Assembly: GCA_964016885.1 (NCBI GenBank)
Contig: OZ024761.1
Location: 6,696,001 to 6,760,000, forward strand
DNA length: 64,000 bases
Direction of reading: 5' to 3'
DNA from: Eledone cirrhosa
Taxonomy: Eukaryota
The notes under the pieces were generated by a model. It ran no database searches, was not told the origin of the DNA, and saw only the letters and a program-made list of their open reading frames with translations. Positions 1-12,328 of this stretch are shown here, one piece after another. Both the position numbers and the translations under genes were made by a program. Numbering within the stretch: the first letter of the stretch is position 1; the number at the start of each line of letters is the position of its first letter.

Positions 1-253
1 TGTATATATATACACATGTATATATACACACATGTACATATAGACACACGTATATATAGACACATGTATATATACACACATGTACATATAGACACATGTA
101 TATATATACACACGTGTATGTACACACAAGTACATATAGGCACATGTATATATATATATATACACATATGTATATATAGACACTACATAATGGGACTCAA
201 AAGTTATAGCAAATCCAGAAGGTGTAGGAGTTTATAAGTGAAAAGTAAAAGAT

Positions 254-255
<2 letters not shown>

Positions 256-336
<81 letters not shown>

Positions 337-1460
337 CATATATACATGTGTATATGGAGAGAGGGATACATTTATACATGTATATATATATATAGAGAGA
401 GAGAGGTACATATATACATGTGTATATGGAGAGAGGGATACATTTATACATGTATATATATATATAGAGAGAGAGAGGTACATATATACATGTGTATATG
501 GAGAGAGGGATACATTTATACATGTATATATATATATATAGAGAGAGAGGTACATATATACATGTGTATATGGAGAGAGGGATACATTTATACATGTATA
601 TATACATGTATATATATATATAGAGAGAGAGAGGTACATATATACATGTGTATATGGAGAGAGGGATACATTTATACATGTATATATACATGTATATATA
701 TATAGAGAGAGAGAGAGGTACATATATACATGTGTATATGGAGAGAGGGATACATTTATACATGTATATATACATGTATATATATATAGAGAGAGAGAGA
801 GGTACATATATACATGTGTATATGGAGAGAGGGATACATTTATACATGTATATATACATGTATATATATATATAGAGAGAGAGAGAGGTACATATATACA
901 TGTGTATATGGAGAGAGGGATACATTTATACATGTATATATATATATAGAGAGAGAGAGGTACATATATACATGTGTATATGAAGAGAGGGATACATTCA
1001 TACATGTATATATATAGAGAGAGAGAGAGGATACATTTATACATGTATATATACATGTATATATATATATAGAGAGAGGAGAGAGGTACATATATACATG
1101 TGTATATGGAGAGAGGGATACATTTATATATGTATATATATATATAGAGAGAGAGAGGTACATATATACATATATAGAGAGAGAGAGGTACATATATACA
1201 TGTGTATATGGAGAGAGGGATACATTTATACATGTATATATATATATATAGAGAGAGAGAGAGGTACATATATACATGTGTATATGGAGAGAGAGATACA
1301 TTTATACATGTATATATATAGAGAGAGAGAGGCACATATATACATGTGTATATGGAGAGAGGGATACATTTATACATGTATATATACATGTATATATATA
1401 TATAGAGAGAGAGAGGTACATATATACATGTGTATATGGAGAGAGATACATTTATACATG
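256..1460. repeat. Compound minisatellite (about 58-72-bp units with variable (TA)n/(GA)n)
   Basis: Recurring gaggtacatatatacatgtgtatatggagagagggatacatttatacatg. Confidence 0.95.
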
Positions 1461-1585
1461 TATGTATACATGTGCATGATATGTATATATATATATATAT
1501 ATACATATATGTATGCATGTGTGTGTGTGTATATAGATATATATATATACATATGTATATATATATATATATACATAATTGTATG

Positions 1586-1618
<33 letters not shown>

Positions 1619-1635
1619 GTAGGCATGTGTGTGTG

Positions 1636-1667
<32 letters not shown>

Positions 1668-1843
1668 CACACATGTATGCATATGTGTATATATATATAT
1701 ATATTCATATGTATATACATATATATATATTCATATGTATATACATATATATATATACATACATATGTATATATATATATATATATACACATATGTATAT
1801 ATATATATATATATACACAAGCATACATATATGTATATATATA

Positions 1844-1896
<53 letters not shown>

Positions 1897-2292
1897 TGTA
1901 TGCTTGTGTATATATATATACATATGTATGTATTTTAACCTGTATTTTTGATTGTATCTTTTAATATGAATGTCATCTCTAAATGTGTACTGCCACTCTA
2001 AATGCTGTAATGAATGTTGACCCACAATATTTGCATGTGTATCTGTTTGTCTCTTGGGTGAAAAGGAGGTCATATAAGTGTTCATTCAATAATAAGTTGC
2101 TCCGAAGAATCCAAACCTCGGTTTGGAGGAAACAGTTGTAAGCATAAAAATGTTTTGAACAGTTCTTTTGATTCTTATATTTCATATGTATATATATATA
2201 TACATATATGTATGCATGTGTATATATATATATATACATATGTATATATATATACATATATATATACACACATGTATGCATGTGTAAAATAC

Positions 2293-2420
2293 AGGCATGG
2301 ACATGTGGTTAAGAAGTTTACTTAGTATTTGGGGGTGTTGGGTTCAATGCAAATGTGGTGCTAGGAGGGTTCAATGGAATTGACCCCTTGTGGATGGCAA
2401 CTGTGTGGAAGCCCATCAGA
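2293..2420 (+). mobile_element. Degenerate tRNA-derived SINE of another family
   Basis: caggcatggacatgtggttaagaagtttac...gggttcaat...ggatggcaactgtgtggaagcccatc. Confidence 0.5.
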
Positions 2421-2860
2421 TGGACTCTTCCAGTAATTAGTAATTTAAATGGCTAATATTGTCACATAGCATGTTATGCCTGATGACTTAGATAAGGGTA
2501 GATGCCTGTGGAATACTCAGCCACTTTAATTCAATGAGTAGTTAATTTAGTTGAAAGCGATATAGTTTAACTCATTTACAGTGTGTGAGTGCATGTACGA
2601 GTGCGTGTATATATATAAGTATGCATATGTACACACATATATACATACATATATATAATATATATATACACATACATATAATATATATACACGCACACAT
2701 ATATATATATATATATACACACTCACACATATATACATACATACATATATATATATACACGCACGCACACATATATATACATACATACATATATATACAC
2801 GCACACATATATACATACATACACGCACATATATATACATATATACACGCACATATATAC

Positions 2861-2893
<33 letters not shown>

Positions 2894-2897
2894 CACG

Positions 2898-2931
<34 letters not shown>

Positions 2932-2948
2932 CACGCACACATATATAT

Positions 2949-2997
<49 letters not shown>

Positions 2998-3139
2998 TAT
3001 ACACACACATACACATACATATAGATTATATCGAACATTGATAATAATATTTGATATGTTTGCAAGCAAATGGCCTGATAAAGCTGTGTAGTGTCATCTG
3101 TTTGTTCGTCATCTGTTTGTTCAACACTGGCATCGAGGA

Positions 3140-3182
3140 ACAACCAACATGTTTCTGGGTCATTACCCTTCATCAGAACAGT
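3140..3182 (-). ncRNA. Hammerhead ribozyme motif with degenerate stem I
   Basis: Minus strand reads ACUGUU-CUGAUGA-A-GGGU(AAUG)ACCC-A-GAAA-CAUG-UU-GGUUGU. Core, stem II and the palindromic ACAUGU are present; stem I is mostly G-U pairs plus a mismatch. Confidence 0.6.
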
Positions 3183-3468
3183 TTACCTTTCAGCCAATCT
3201 GTCGAACAGTTGAAAATATATAGTATTTTCTGAAGTATACATCAGCTGAGTAGCCTAATTTTATTTGTATATATATATATTACCAGGGTATGTGTGGGCA
3301 TTGATAGCCCAAATTTAAACCTCTATTTTTTGCCAAGAGGAGTGAATGTGAAAGGAGTTTCTATGGTCATTTGACTTAATCCCCCAGTATATTACTAGTA
3401 CTTTATTTCAAGTATATAAGCCAATATCACAGATGATATATATATATAGGTACAACAGTAACAATTCA

Positions 3469-4187
3469 TTAACTCTTTAGCATTCACATTATTTTATATA
3501 TACTATTGTATTTTCACAGTAAAGGCTTTACCTCACATAATATCTCACATAACATTTACATTACTCTATATATACTATTGTATTTTCACAGTAAAGGCTT
3601 TACCTCACATAATATCTCACATAACATTTACATTACTCTATATATACTATTATATTTTCACAGTAAAGGCTTTACCTCACATAATATCTCACATAACATT
3701 TACATTACTCTATATATACTATTGTATTTTCACAGTAAAGGCTTTACCTCACATAATATCTCACATAACATTTACATTACTCTATATATACTATTGTATT
3801 TTCACAGTAAAGGCTTTACCTCACATAATATCTCACATAACATTTACATTACTCTATATATACTATTGTATTTTCACAGTAAAGGCTTTACCTCACATAA
3901 TATCTCACATAACATTTACATTACTCTATATATACTATTGTATTTTCACAGTAAAGGCTTTACCTCACATAATATCTCACATAACATTTACATTACTCTA
4001 TATATACTATTGTATTTTCACAGTAAAGGCTTTACCTCACATAATATCGAATCTATGAGATTTTGAAAGTATTTATTTTGAGAACAATACCTTAACATCA
4101 GTTTGAGTGGCCAGTTACAGCCAGTTTCAACAGAAAGAGGTAGAGAATTCAGGCCGGTTTTGGCCGGTTTGAACATTAAAGGGTTAA
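3469..4187 (+). mobile_element. TTAA-flanked piggyBac-type MITE (family A) with internal 72-bp tandem expansion (about 8 units)
   Basis: Termini TTAA-CTCTTTAGCATT ... AAAGGG-TTAA. Unit: cattactctatatatactattgtattttcacagtaaaggctttacctcacataatatctcacataacattta. Confidence 0.8.
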
Positions 4188-4376
4188 GTAACAGTAAGGA
4201 ATGAAAGTTACAGTTTATAATGTCGAGTGCATTTATCAGCCTCACCCGCTGCTAGCCAGGGAAAGTCTAGCTGTTATAAACTAGCACCCTCTCCAGGGGA
4301 AGATGTGTCCTTCTCTCCTAACTCTGCAGAAACAGAAAAACATTGGCCTTGTTGGATCATTCTGATGTTATAACAA

Positions 4377-4800
4377 ATGTCTATAATATGTACACTATAT
4401 ACAGGTGTGAGTCTGGGGAGTCGATGTATTGCGAGGTTCACAGATAACCTTTTGAACATCCACTTCAAAATATATTGGAGAACGGGTGTCAGTTTTTCAA
4501 ACACTTTAATTATATATTTTTATCTACTTTTGCTCGATATATTTATAGTTTCATACTGAATGAGAAGAATTTTAGTAAATATTATCATTTGGAATATAAA
4601 TGTAGGACAGCCCGGTTACTTACGATATATATATATTCTGATTCCGCCCCTTCAATCTTTCTAATTACTCATTCTTTCTTCTGATGAAGGACTAGCATCC
4701 GAAACGTTAAGACCCTCTTCCTGCTATTTCAAATGTTAAAATAATATATTCCTTCCATACACCGTTTCGTTTGTGTTGTTATTTCTGTTTACCTTTTACA
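4377..4800 (+). mobile_element. Degenerate Penelope-like element 3' end (GIY-YIG endonuclease remnant plus hammerhead)
   Basis: Frameshifted translation ICTLYTGVSLGSRCIARFTDNLLNI...KHFN resembles the PLE C..YIGETGR.L..RF.EHL..I...HFN pattern, followed by the hammerhead at 4677-4712. Confidence 0.55.
4677..4712 (+). ncRNA. Minimal type-I hammerhead ribozyme motif (Penelope-type)
   Basis: UCUU-CUGAUGA-A-GGA(CUAGCA)UCC-GAAA-CG-UU-AAGA. Stem I is UCUU/AAGA, stem II is GGA/UCC, stem III is the palindrome AACGUU, and the cleavage triplet is GUU. It lies just 3' of a GIY-YIG remnant. Confidence 0.75.
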
Positions 4801-4807
4801 CTCACAC

Positions 4808-4847
<40 letters not shown>

Positions 4848-5278
4848 TATATATATATGTGTGTGTGTAAAAGGGGAACAGGTGAAGGCTTCAAAAACAT
4901 CTTTGTCCGTTCTCTTGCCCTTTTAGTTAGGATTGCCTCAAGAATGTAACCTTATAATGTAATAAGATCACGGGACCACTGTTGTCATTGAAATATGTAT
5001 CACAGCATTATCAATAAAGGAAACATCTAAAACTACTTCACATTGTCTTATTCTATACATACATGTGGGTGTATATCATCACCATTTAATGTCTATATAT
5101 ATACATACATGTGGGTGTATATCATCACCATTTAATGTCTATATATATACATACATGTGTGTGTATATCATCACCATTTAATGTCTATATATATATATAT
5201 ATATATATACATGTGTGTGTATATCATCATCACTGTTTAATGTCTATTTTCCACCCTTGCATGACTGGTTGTCCCATC

Positions 5279-5472
5279 ATGTGGCTAAACATGTTAGGTG
5301 ACCTCAACTCATACACTATGTGGCTAAACATGTTAGGTGACCTCAACTCATACACTATGTGGCTAAACATGTTAGGTGACCTCAACTTGCTCATACACCA
5401 TGTGGCTAAACATGTTAGGTGACCTCAACTCATACTCTATGTGGCTAAACATGTTAGGTGACCTCAACTCAT
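5279..5472. repeat. About 39-bp minisatellite, 5 copies
   Basis: Unit atgtggctaaacatgttaggtgacctcaactcatacact. Confidence 0.95.
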
Positions 5473-5729
5473 ACATTTCAATTTGGCTTAGTTTTCAATG
5501 GCTGGACGTCGTTTCCTAATGCTGACCACCTTACAGGGGAACTGGGTCCTTATACATACATATATATATATAAAACATGTCTTACATACTTAACACTAAT
5601 GGAGTCTATTGACTTGAGAGTGACAGGAGTGGACACTGGGACTTTGAATCAAAGTGTTGGTGCCCTAGCATCCCTACAATCTAATGATTGAAACAAAACA
5701 ATAAAAGATCAAATGATGCAAGAATAATA

Positions 5730-5945
5730 GTTTCTGATTTAGACAAGGCCAATAGTTTTTTTTTTTTGGGGGGGGGGGGGGGGGGGGAGTCAATTAAATC
5801 AACCCCAGTGCATCACTGGTACTTTATTTTATCGACCCCATAAAGATGAAAGGCAAAGCTAACTTCAGCAGGATTTGAATTCAGAACATAAAGGGCCGTA
5901 ACTCTGTGCTGCAAAGCATGGTGTCCATCGTTCTACAGATGGGTT
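5730..5945 (-). mobile_element. Main-family tRNA-derived SINE
   Basis: Same diagnostic blocks as 52521-52707. Confidence 0.85.
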
Positions 5946-6074
5946 CAAAATAATGTCACTCAACTCGGTGGGGTAGGATGGGGGTACCCACCCTTTTAAA
6001 TAATGTTAAAAAGCAACAACAGCCATTCACAGGCCGGGATATGACACCATAACATATATAAGGAGTCTCTCAAG

Positions 6075-6315
6075 TCTAGAGGCCCATTGGCAGCTCAGAG
6101 TTTACCCCAGTTTTTTGGCATTAAGTGAGTAAAAAAACTCTCCAGCTCCTGGACAGGAATGTCAGTCTGTCACAGGGCACTCATCTTATTTCCATCTGAG
6201 TGGACAGGAGAAATTTGAAATGAAGTGTCTTGCTCAAGGACACAATGCACTGTCCAGTTTACTGAACCCACAACTTTGTAAAGCTTAACACAGTAACCAC
6301 TAGACCACACACTTT
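6075..6315 (-). mobile_element. tRNA/CORE SINE with a V-domain-like segment
   Basis: gaaatgaagtgtcttgctcaaggacacaa (CORE-like) and cctggacaggaatgtcagtctgtcacaggg. Confidence 0.65.
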
Positions 6316-6769
6316 TGCTTCATTAGATAAAGGTAGATTTTAAATAAAAGGCATCCACTTCGTTTATATACAAATTTTAAAAATGCAGCATACGTATTTC
6401 CTTGACTGTGTGACGTATTTGTTAAAATAATATTTTGTAATATCTTAATCATTCAGGTGGTTCAGATGGAGGGCTGCGGGGGGGATGGAGGGCTGTGGGA
6501 TGGAGAGGATGGGGGCAGGTTTCAACACAACTGGCACAAATAGTTCAGGAGGTAAAGGTCAGTTGGTACTTCCAGTAGTCTGTGATGTGTGTGTGTGGTG
6601 CGTGTGTGTGTATGTAACTATTACTGCTAGTGTGGCGCAGTCAGTTGTTTTGTACTTTTCAAGAATGTCTTGCTAATGTGGTTTTATGTGGTACAGGATG
6701 TTAAAATTTAAGCTTTTTTTAAAGGAGTTACATTGCTATTCCTTTAAAACTGGAGTCTAAAGTAATAGG

Positions 6770-7005
6770 GAGAGGGAGGTAGAGCTGGGTCCCTTAAACA
6801 GACACTCTAGAGAGAGAGGGAGGTGGAGCAGTGTCCCTTAAACAGACACTCAAGAGAGGGGAGGGGTGGAGCAGTGTCCCTTAAACAGACACTCGAGAGG
6901 GGTGGAGCAGTGTCCCTTAAACAGACACTCGAGAGGGGTGGAGCAGTGTCCCTTAAACAGACACTCTAGAGAGGGGGAGGAGTGGAGCAGTGTCTCTTAA
7001 ACACA
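6770..7005. repeat. About 35-44-bp minisatellite, 6 copies
   Basis: Unit gtggagcagtgtcccttaaacagacactc(gaga)gg. Confidence 0.9.
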
Positions 7006-7139
7006 TCTAAAATTAATAAAACATACAATAGGTAAATGGTGTGGGTGTTTATGTGGGAGCTGGGTAGTGGGGTAAGAAGAGACACTAGAGATATGAGAGG
7101 GGGAAATACTGCTATGTGTCTACTGTGACATCTAATTAA

Positions 7140-9300
7140 CACTGTCATTAGAGATTTCTAATGAAATACATTGTATTTTAATTAACAAAGGACTTGGAAG
7201 GATTTACTACAATTTCAATTATTTCATTAATCTATATTTGTAAGAGAACATGGACCTGGTGGACAGGTGAGAAAGATGGAGGACCTGGTGTACAGGTGAG
7301 AGAGATGGAGGACCTGGTGTACAGGTGAGAGAGATGGAGGACCTGGTGTACAGGTGAGAGATGGGGAGGGAGGGAGAGATGGAGGACCTGGTGTACAGGT
7401 GAGAGAGATGGAGGACCTGGTGTACAGGTGAGAGAGATGGAGGACCTGGTGGACAGGTGAGAGAGATGGAGGACCTGGTGTACAGGTGAGAGAGATGGAG
7501 GACCTGGTGGACAGGTGAGAGAGATGGAGGACCTGGTGTACAGGTGAGAGAGATGGAGGACCTGGTGTACAGGTGAGAGAGATGGAGGACCTGGTGTACA
7601 GGTGAGAGATGGGGAGGGAGGGAGAGATGGAGGACCTGGTGGACAGGTGAGAGATGGGGAGGACCTGGTGTACAGGTGAGAGATGGGGAGGGAGGGAGAG
7701 ATGGAGGACCTGGTGGACAGGTGAGAGAGATGGAGGACCTGGTGTACAGGTGAGAGATGGGGAGGGAGGGAGAGATGGAGGACCTGGTGTACAGGTGAGA
7801 GAGATGGAGGACCTGGTGTACAGGTGAGAGAGATGGAGGACCTGGTGTACAGGTGAGAGATGGGGAGGAAGGGAGAGATGGAGGACCTGGTGTACAGGTG
7901 AGAGAGATGGAGGACCTGGTGTACAGGTGAGAGAGATGGAGGACCTGGTGGACAGGTGAGAGAGATGGAGGACCTGGTGTACAGGTGAGAGATGGGGAGG
8001 GAGGGAGAGATGGAGGACCTGGTGGACAGGTGAGAGATGGGGAGGGAGGGAGAGATGGAGGACCTGGTAGACAGGTGAGAGAGATGGAGGACCTGGTGTA
8101 CAGGTGAGAGATGGGGAGGGAGGGAGAGATGGAGGACCTGGTGGACAGGTGAGAGATGGAGGACCTGGTGGACAGGTGAGAGAGATGGAGGACTTGGTGT
8201 ACAGGTGAGAGATGGGGAGGGAGGGAGGGAGAGATGGAGGACCTGGTGGACAGGTGAGAGAGATGGAGGACCTGGTGTACAGGTGAGAGATGGAGGACCT
8301 GGTGTACAGGTGAGAGATGGGGAGGGAGGGAGAGATGGAGGACCTGGTGGACAGGTGAGAGAGATGGAGGACTTGGTGTACAGGTGAGAGATGGGGAGGG
8401 AGGGAGGGAGGGAGAGATGGAGGACCTGGTGTACAGGTGAGAGATGGAGGACCTGGTGTACAGGTGAGAGATGGGGAGGGAGGGAGAGATGGAGGACCTG
8501 GTGGACAGGTGAGAGATGGGGAGGGAGAGATGGAGGACCTGGTGGACAGGTGAAAGAGATGGAGGACCTGGTGTACAGGTGAGAGATGGGGAGGGAGGGA
8601 GAGATGGGGAGGGAGGGAGAGATGGAGGACCTGGTGGACAGGTGAGAGAGATGGAAGACCTGGTGTACAGGTGAGAGATGGGGAGGGAGGGAGGGAGAGA
8701 TGGAGGACCTGGTGGACAGGTGAGAGAGATGGAGGACCTGGTGTACAGGTGAGAGAGATGGAGGACTTGGTGTACAGGTGAGAGATGGGGAGGGAGGGAG
8801 AGATGGAGGACCTGGTGGACAGGTGAGAGATGGGGAGGGAGGGAGAGATGGAGGACCTGGTGTACAGGTGAGAGATGGGAAGAGACAGAGGCGATGACAG
8901 TGGGAGTTTGGACCTGGTGTACAGGTGAGAGATGGGAGGAGACAGAGGCGATGACAGTGGGAGTTTGGACCTGGTGTACAGGTGAGAGATGGGAGGAGGA
9001 GACAGAGGTGATGACAGTGTTGGGACCTGGTGTACAGGTGAGAGATGGGGAGAGACAGAGGTGATGACAGTGGGAGTTTGGACCTGGTGTACAGGTGTGT
9101 GTATTTTTACACCCTTCAATGCCTGCTCATGTTCTACTCCCAAACCTATTAGTGAAAAACTTAAAGCTTTTTATATAGAATTATGTTATGAGATTTTAAA
9201 TTAAATAACTTTTTAAAATGAGTGATTTGTGTGATAGAACCAGGATTTGTGTGATAGAGCCAGGGGTGGTTTTGGGAGGGTTGGTATCAAAAAGTTTAAA
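7140..9300 (+). mobile_element. TTAA-type MITE family B interrupted by a GC-rich minisatellite
   Basis: 5' part atttctaatgaaatacattg (about 7155) and 3' part atagagccaggggtggttttgggagggttggtatcaaaaagtttaa (about 9255-9300) match copies at 11100-11341 and 43360-43577. Confidence 0.6.
7250..9096. repeat. G-rich 29-bp minisatellite with GGGA-insert variants
   Basis: Unit gagagatggaggacctggtgtacaggtga. Confidence 0.97.
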
Positions 9301-9599
9301 TGTAAACACCCTTCCCCCCTGGTAACAACAATGAAAGGCTGGGGACAATCATCAGAACATAGGAGTGCCCTATAAGCCCTGAGACTTGGTGGGGTCAGTA
9401 TAGGTAAGTCTACAAACAGCAATGAATAAAAAACAGTCTGGGTAGAAAAAATATAAAGTCTATGATAAGAAGGAGCTGATCTCAGTGTGTAATTAGTTTT
9501 GCTGTATCTATAAATCTTACAGCCACTTACTATTATTGAGCAGAAAATATCTAAAACCAAGTTTCTTGATTCAAGAAGTTTGGGGGATTCTTATCTTCA

Positions 9600-9705
9600 C
9601 TGGTTGCTCACCTAACAGAGGTAACTGGTGATGCTCCTCATGAGGGCACTTGGCTGTTCCAGCACCACAGCCATCACCTGATGTAACACCATAAGCGTGC
9701 CTCAA
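9600..9705 (+). mobile_element. Possible CRE-like non-LTR C-terminal remnant
   Basis: LTEVTGDAPHEGTWLFQ resembles the L..VTGDPRE..(W/F)L.QR motif. Confidence 0.4.
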
Positions 9706-10055
9706 AATTATTAGAGAGGTTTTCCAGTGCTCCTCACAAGATCGTTATCATTTGTTCTGGCAGCGGCTCATTTATCCACCTTTTGTTGTTTGTGGTCCCA
9801 GATGTGTGAACTACCTGTTTATGGCTTTTTTCTCTTTCCTTTGTATATATCATGTGTTCATGTTTTCATTCTGTAAGCATTATATATATATATATATATA
9901 TATTTTTATTTTTATACAACTGTGAATAAAACCTATATATATAAATAAGACAATAGGTCCATGAAACACCTAAATGTGGATATTGAAACACCTAAACGTG
10001 GATACTGAAACACTGGGAATGGACAGTAACCACTGAATGTCCTTATATGTAAATA

Positions 10056-10241
10056 ATTGTTTCTATTTTAGGCACAAGGCCAGCTATTACCCAGTACATT
10101 ACTGGTACTTTATTTTATCGACCCCGTAAGGATGAAAGGCAAAGTTAACCTCGGCGGGATTTGAACTCAGATCATAAAGGGACGTAACTCTATGCTTCAA
10201 AGCATGGTGTCCGACTCTCTACCGATACTGCCAATCCACCG
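10056..10241 (-). mobile_element. Main-family tRNA-derived SINE
   Basis: Near-identical to 52521-52707. Confidence 0.9.
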
Positions 10242-10311
10242 AATACACGCTAAAAACAAAACACCCTGCGGGTAAGTCCATCAAATGACAAATTCATAAC
10301 TAACATACTCC

Positions 10312-10510
10312 TTAACCCTTTACCATTTACATTACTCTATATATACTATAGTATTCGTGTGGTAAAATCTTTATCTCCCATAATATCGAATCTAGAAGAT
10401 TTTAATATTTATTTTGAGAACAATATTTAACATCAGTATGAGCAACCGATTACAGCCAGTTTGAACAAAAAGAGGTGAGAGAATTCTGACTGGTTTAAAT
10501 GCTAAAGGTG
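10312..10510 (+). mobile_element. MITE family A, unexpanded copy
   Basis: Starts TTAACCCTTTACCATTTACATTACTC, has a single internal unit and ends ggtttaaatgctaaagg. Confidence 0.75.
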
Positions 10511-10739
10511 ACAAAGCCAATGACAAACTAAATGTCCATACTAGAACCAAAACATCATCCATATTTCCTGACTTATACTCCATAAACCCAACCACCAACC
10601 CACTCTAAATACAAGTGTGGGGTTATCTTGTGGACAGATCATTATGAAAACTTGAACTTTTAATGTGATGTTATAGTAATGTATTCTAATTTTCAAGAAT
10701 GCCTTGCTAATGCAGCTAGATGTGGTACAGGACATCTAA

Positions 10740-11341
10740 GTTACCATATTTCTAATGAAAGACACTGTCTATCTCATTAACCCTTTCATTACCATATTTC
10801 TAATGAAAGATACTTTGTCATTAACACTTTCATTAATATATTTCTAACGAAATACACTGTCATTAACCCTTTCATCACCGTATTTCTAATGAAAGACAGT
10901 GCCTGTCATTAACCCTTTCATCACCGTATTTCTAATGAAAGACAGTGCCTGTCATTAACCCTTTCATCACCGTATTTCTAATGAAAGACAGTGCCTGTCA
11001 TTAACCCTTTCATTACCATATTTCTAATGAAAGACACTGTCTATGTCATTAACCCTTTCATTACCATATTTCTAATGAAAGACACTGTCTATGTCATTAA
11101 CCCTTTCATTACTTTATTTCTAATGAAAGACAACGCATGTGGTTTTCAATTAATTTTGAAAATAATTGAAGTATGGAGGGATTTAGTAATATAACTTTCT
11201 CTTCTGTTGGAGCTTAACTTAAAGGGTTTTTTTATATAAAATGATGACATGATTTTTAGATAAATAAAAACAGTTTCAAAGAAACAGTGTTATATAGTGG
11301 AACCAGGGTTGTTTCAGGTGGTTTTGTATAAAAAATGTTAA
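10740..11341 (+). mobile_element. MITE family B with tandemly amplified 5' end (about 42-48-bp units, about 9 copies)
   Basis: Repeated ttaaccctttcattaccatatttctaatgaaagacac, then a single body ending ttttgtataaaaaatgttaa. Confidence 0.7.
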
Positions 11342-11349
11342 AGTTTGGG

Positions 11350-12081
11350 GAAGTGATGTAACAGGGGAAATAAAAAAAAATGGACACCCGGTCATTTTCA
11401 TGCATATTACACACAAATATACATACATGTGGGTAATGTAAACATGTGTATTACACATGTATGCATGAATAAGTACACATGTATACATATGTCCATACAT
11501 GCACCTGTATATACATGTGCATTACACACACACATGTCCTGAAATCAAAAACAATTTTAAGTATAATACAATTTAAGCGTCATATAGTGTGACAAATAGT
11601 TTTCCTCTTTTTTTTTTCATTGTACATAATATACACACTGTATATAATTGTGTATCGGTCACACATGTAGATAAGTTACACCTCACCATTCTACATACAT
11701 TTACAATGTAGCAAATATTTTGAACTGAGGTTTTGTAGCAATAAAGGTCCAGTAGATAAGCTGTATGCTGGGATTTCAAATATTTTTGTAGAAAGATATG
11801 TAATATATACACAAATATATAGGCTGTGTATGTGTGTGCATATATATATATATATACACATCATCATACGTCCGCTTGATGATGATGATGTGTGTATATA
11901 TATATGTATATGCACACACACACCCTATATATTTGTGTATATGCACACACACACACATATATATATATACACTTGTATATAAACTGCATCCCCCCATTTT
12001 ATATATAACCTTTACAAAGCAACATATAATTTGAATTGAGGTTTTGTAGATCCAGTGGAACAGTTGCATGCTAGTCCAAGT

Positions 12082-12141
<60 letters not shown>

Positions 12142-12277
12142 TGTATATATATATATACTTATGTATAATTCATACCTCCATTTGACATATATTTTGAATG
12201 GAAATCTCGTAGGTCCAGCAGACAGTTTTGCATTTCATATTTTCATGGTTATAATGTGACATATAGACGAGTATACA

Positions 12278-12328
<51 letters not shown>

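Noticed and set aside
7227-9143. 638-aa Pro/Ser-rich ORF resembling an extensin or mucin
   Set aside because: Product of a 29-bp minisatellite; the unit is not a multiple of 3 and the peptide cycles through frames.
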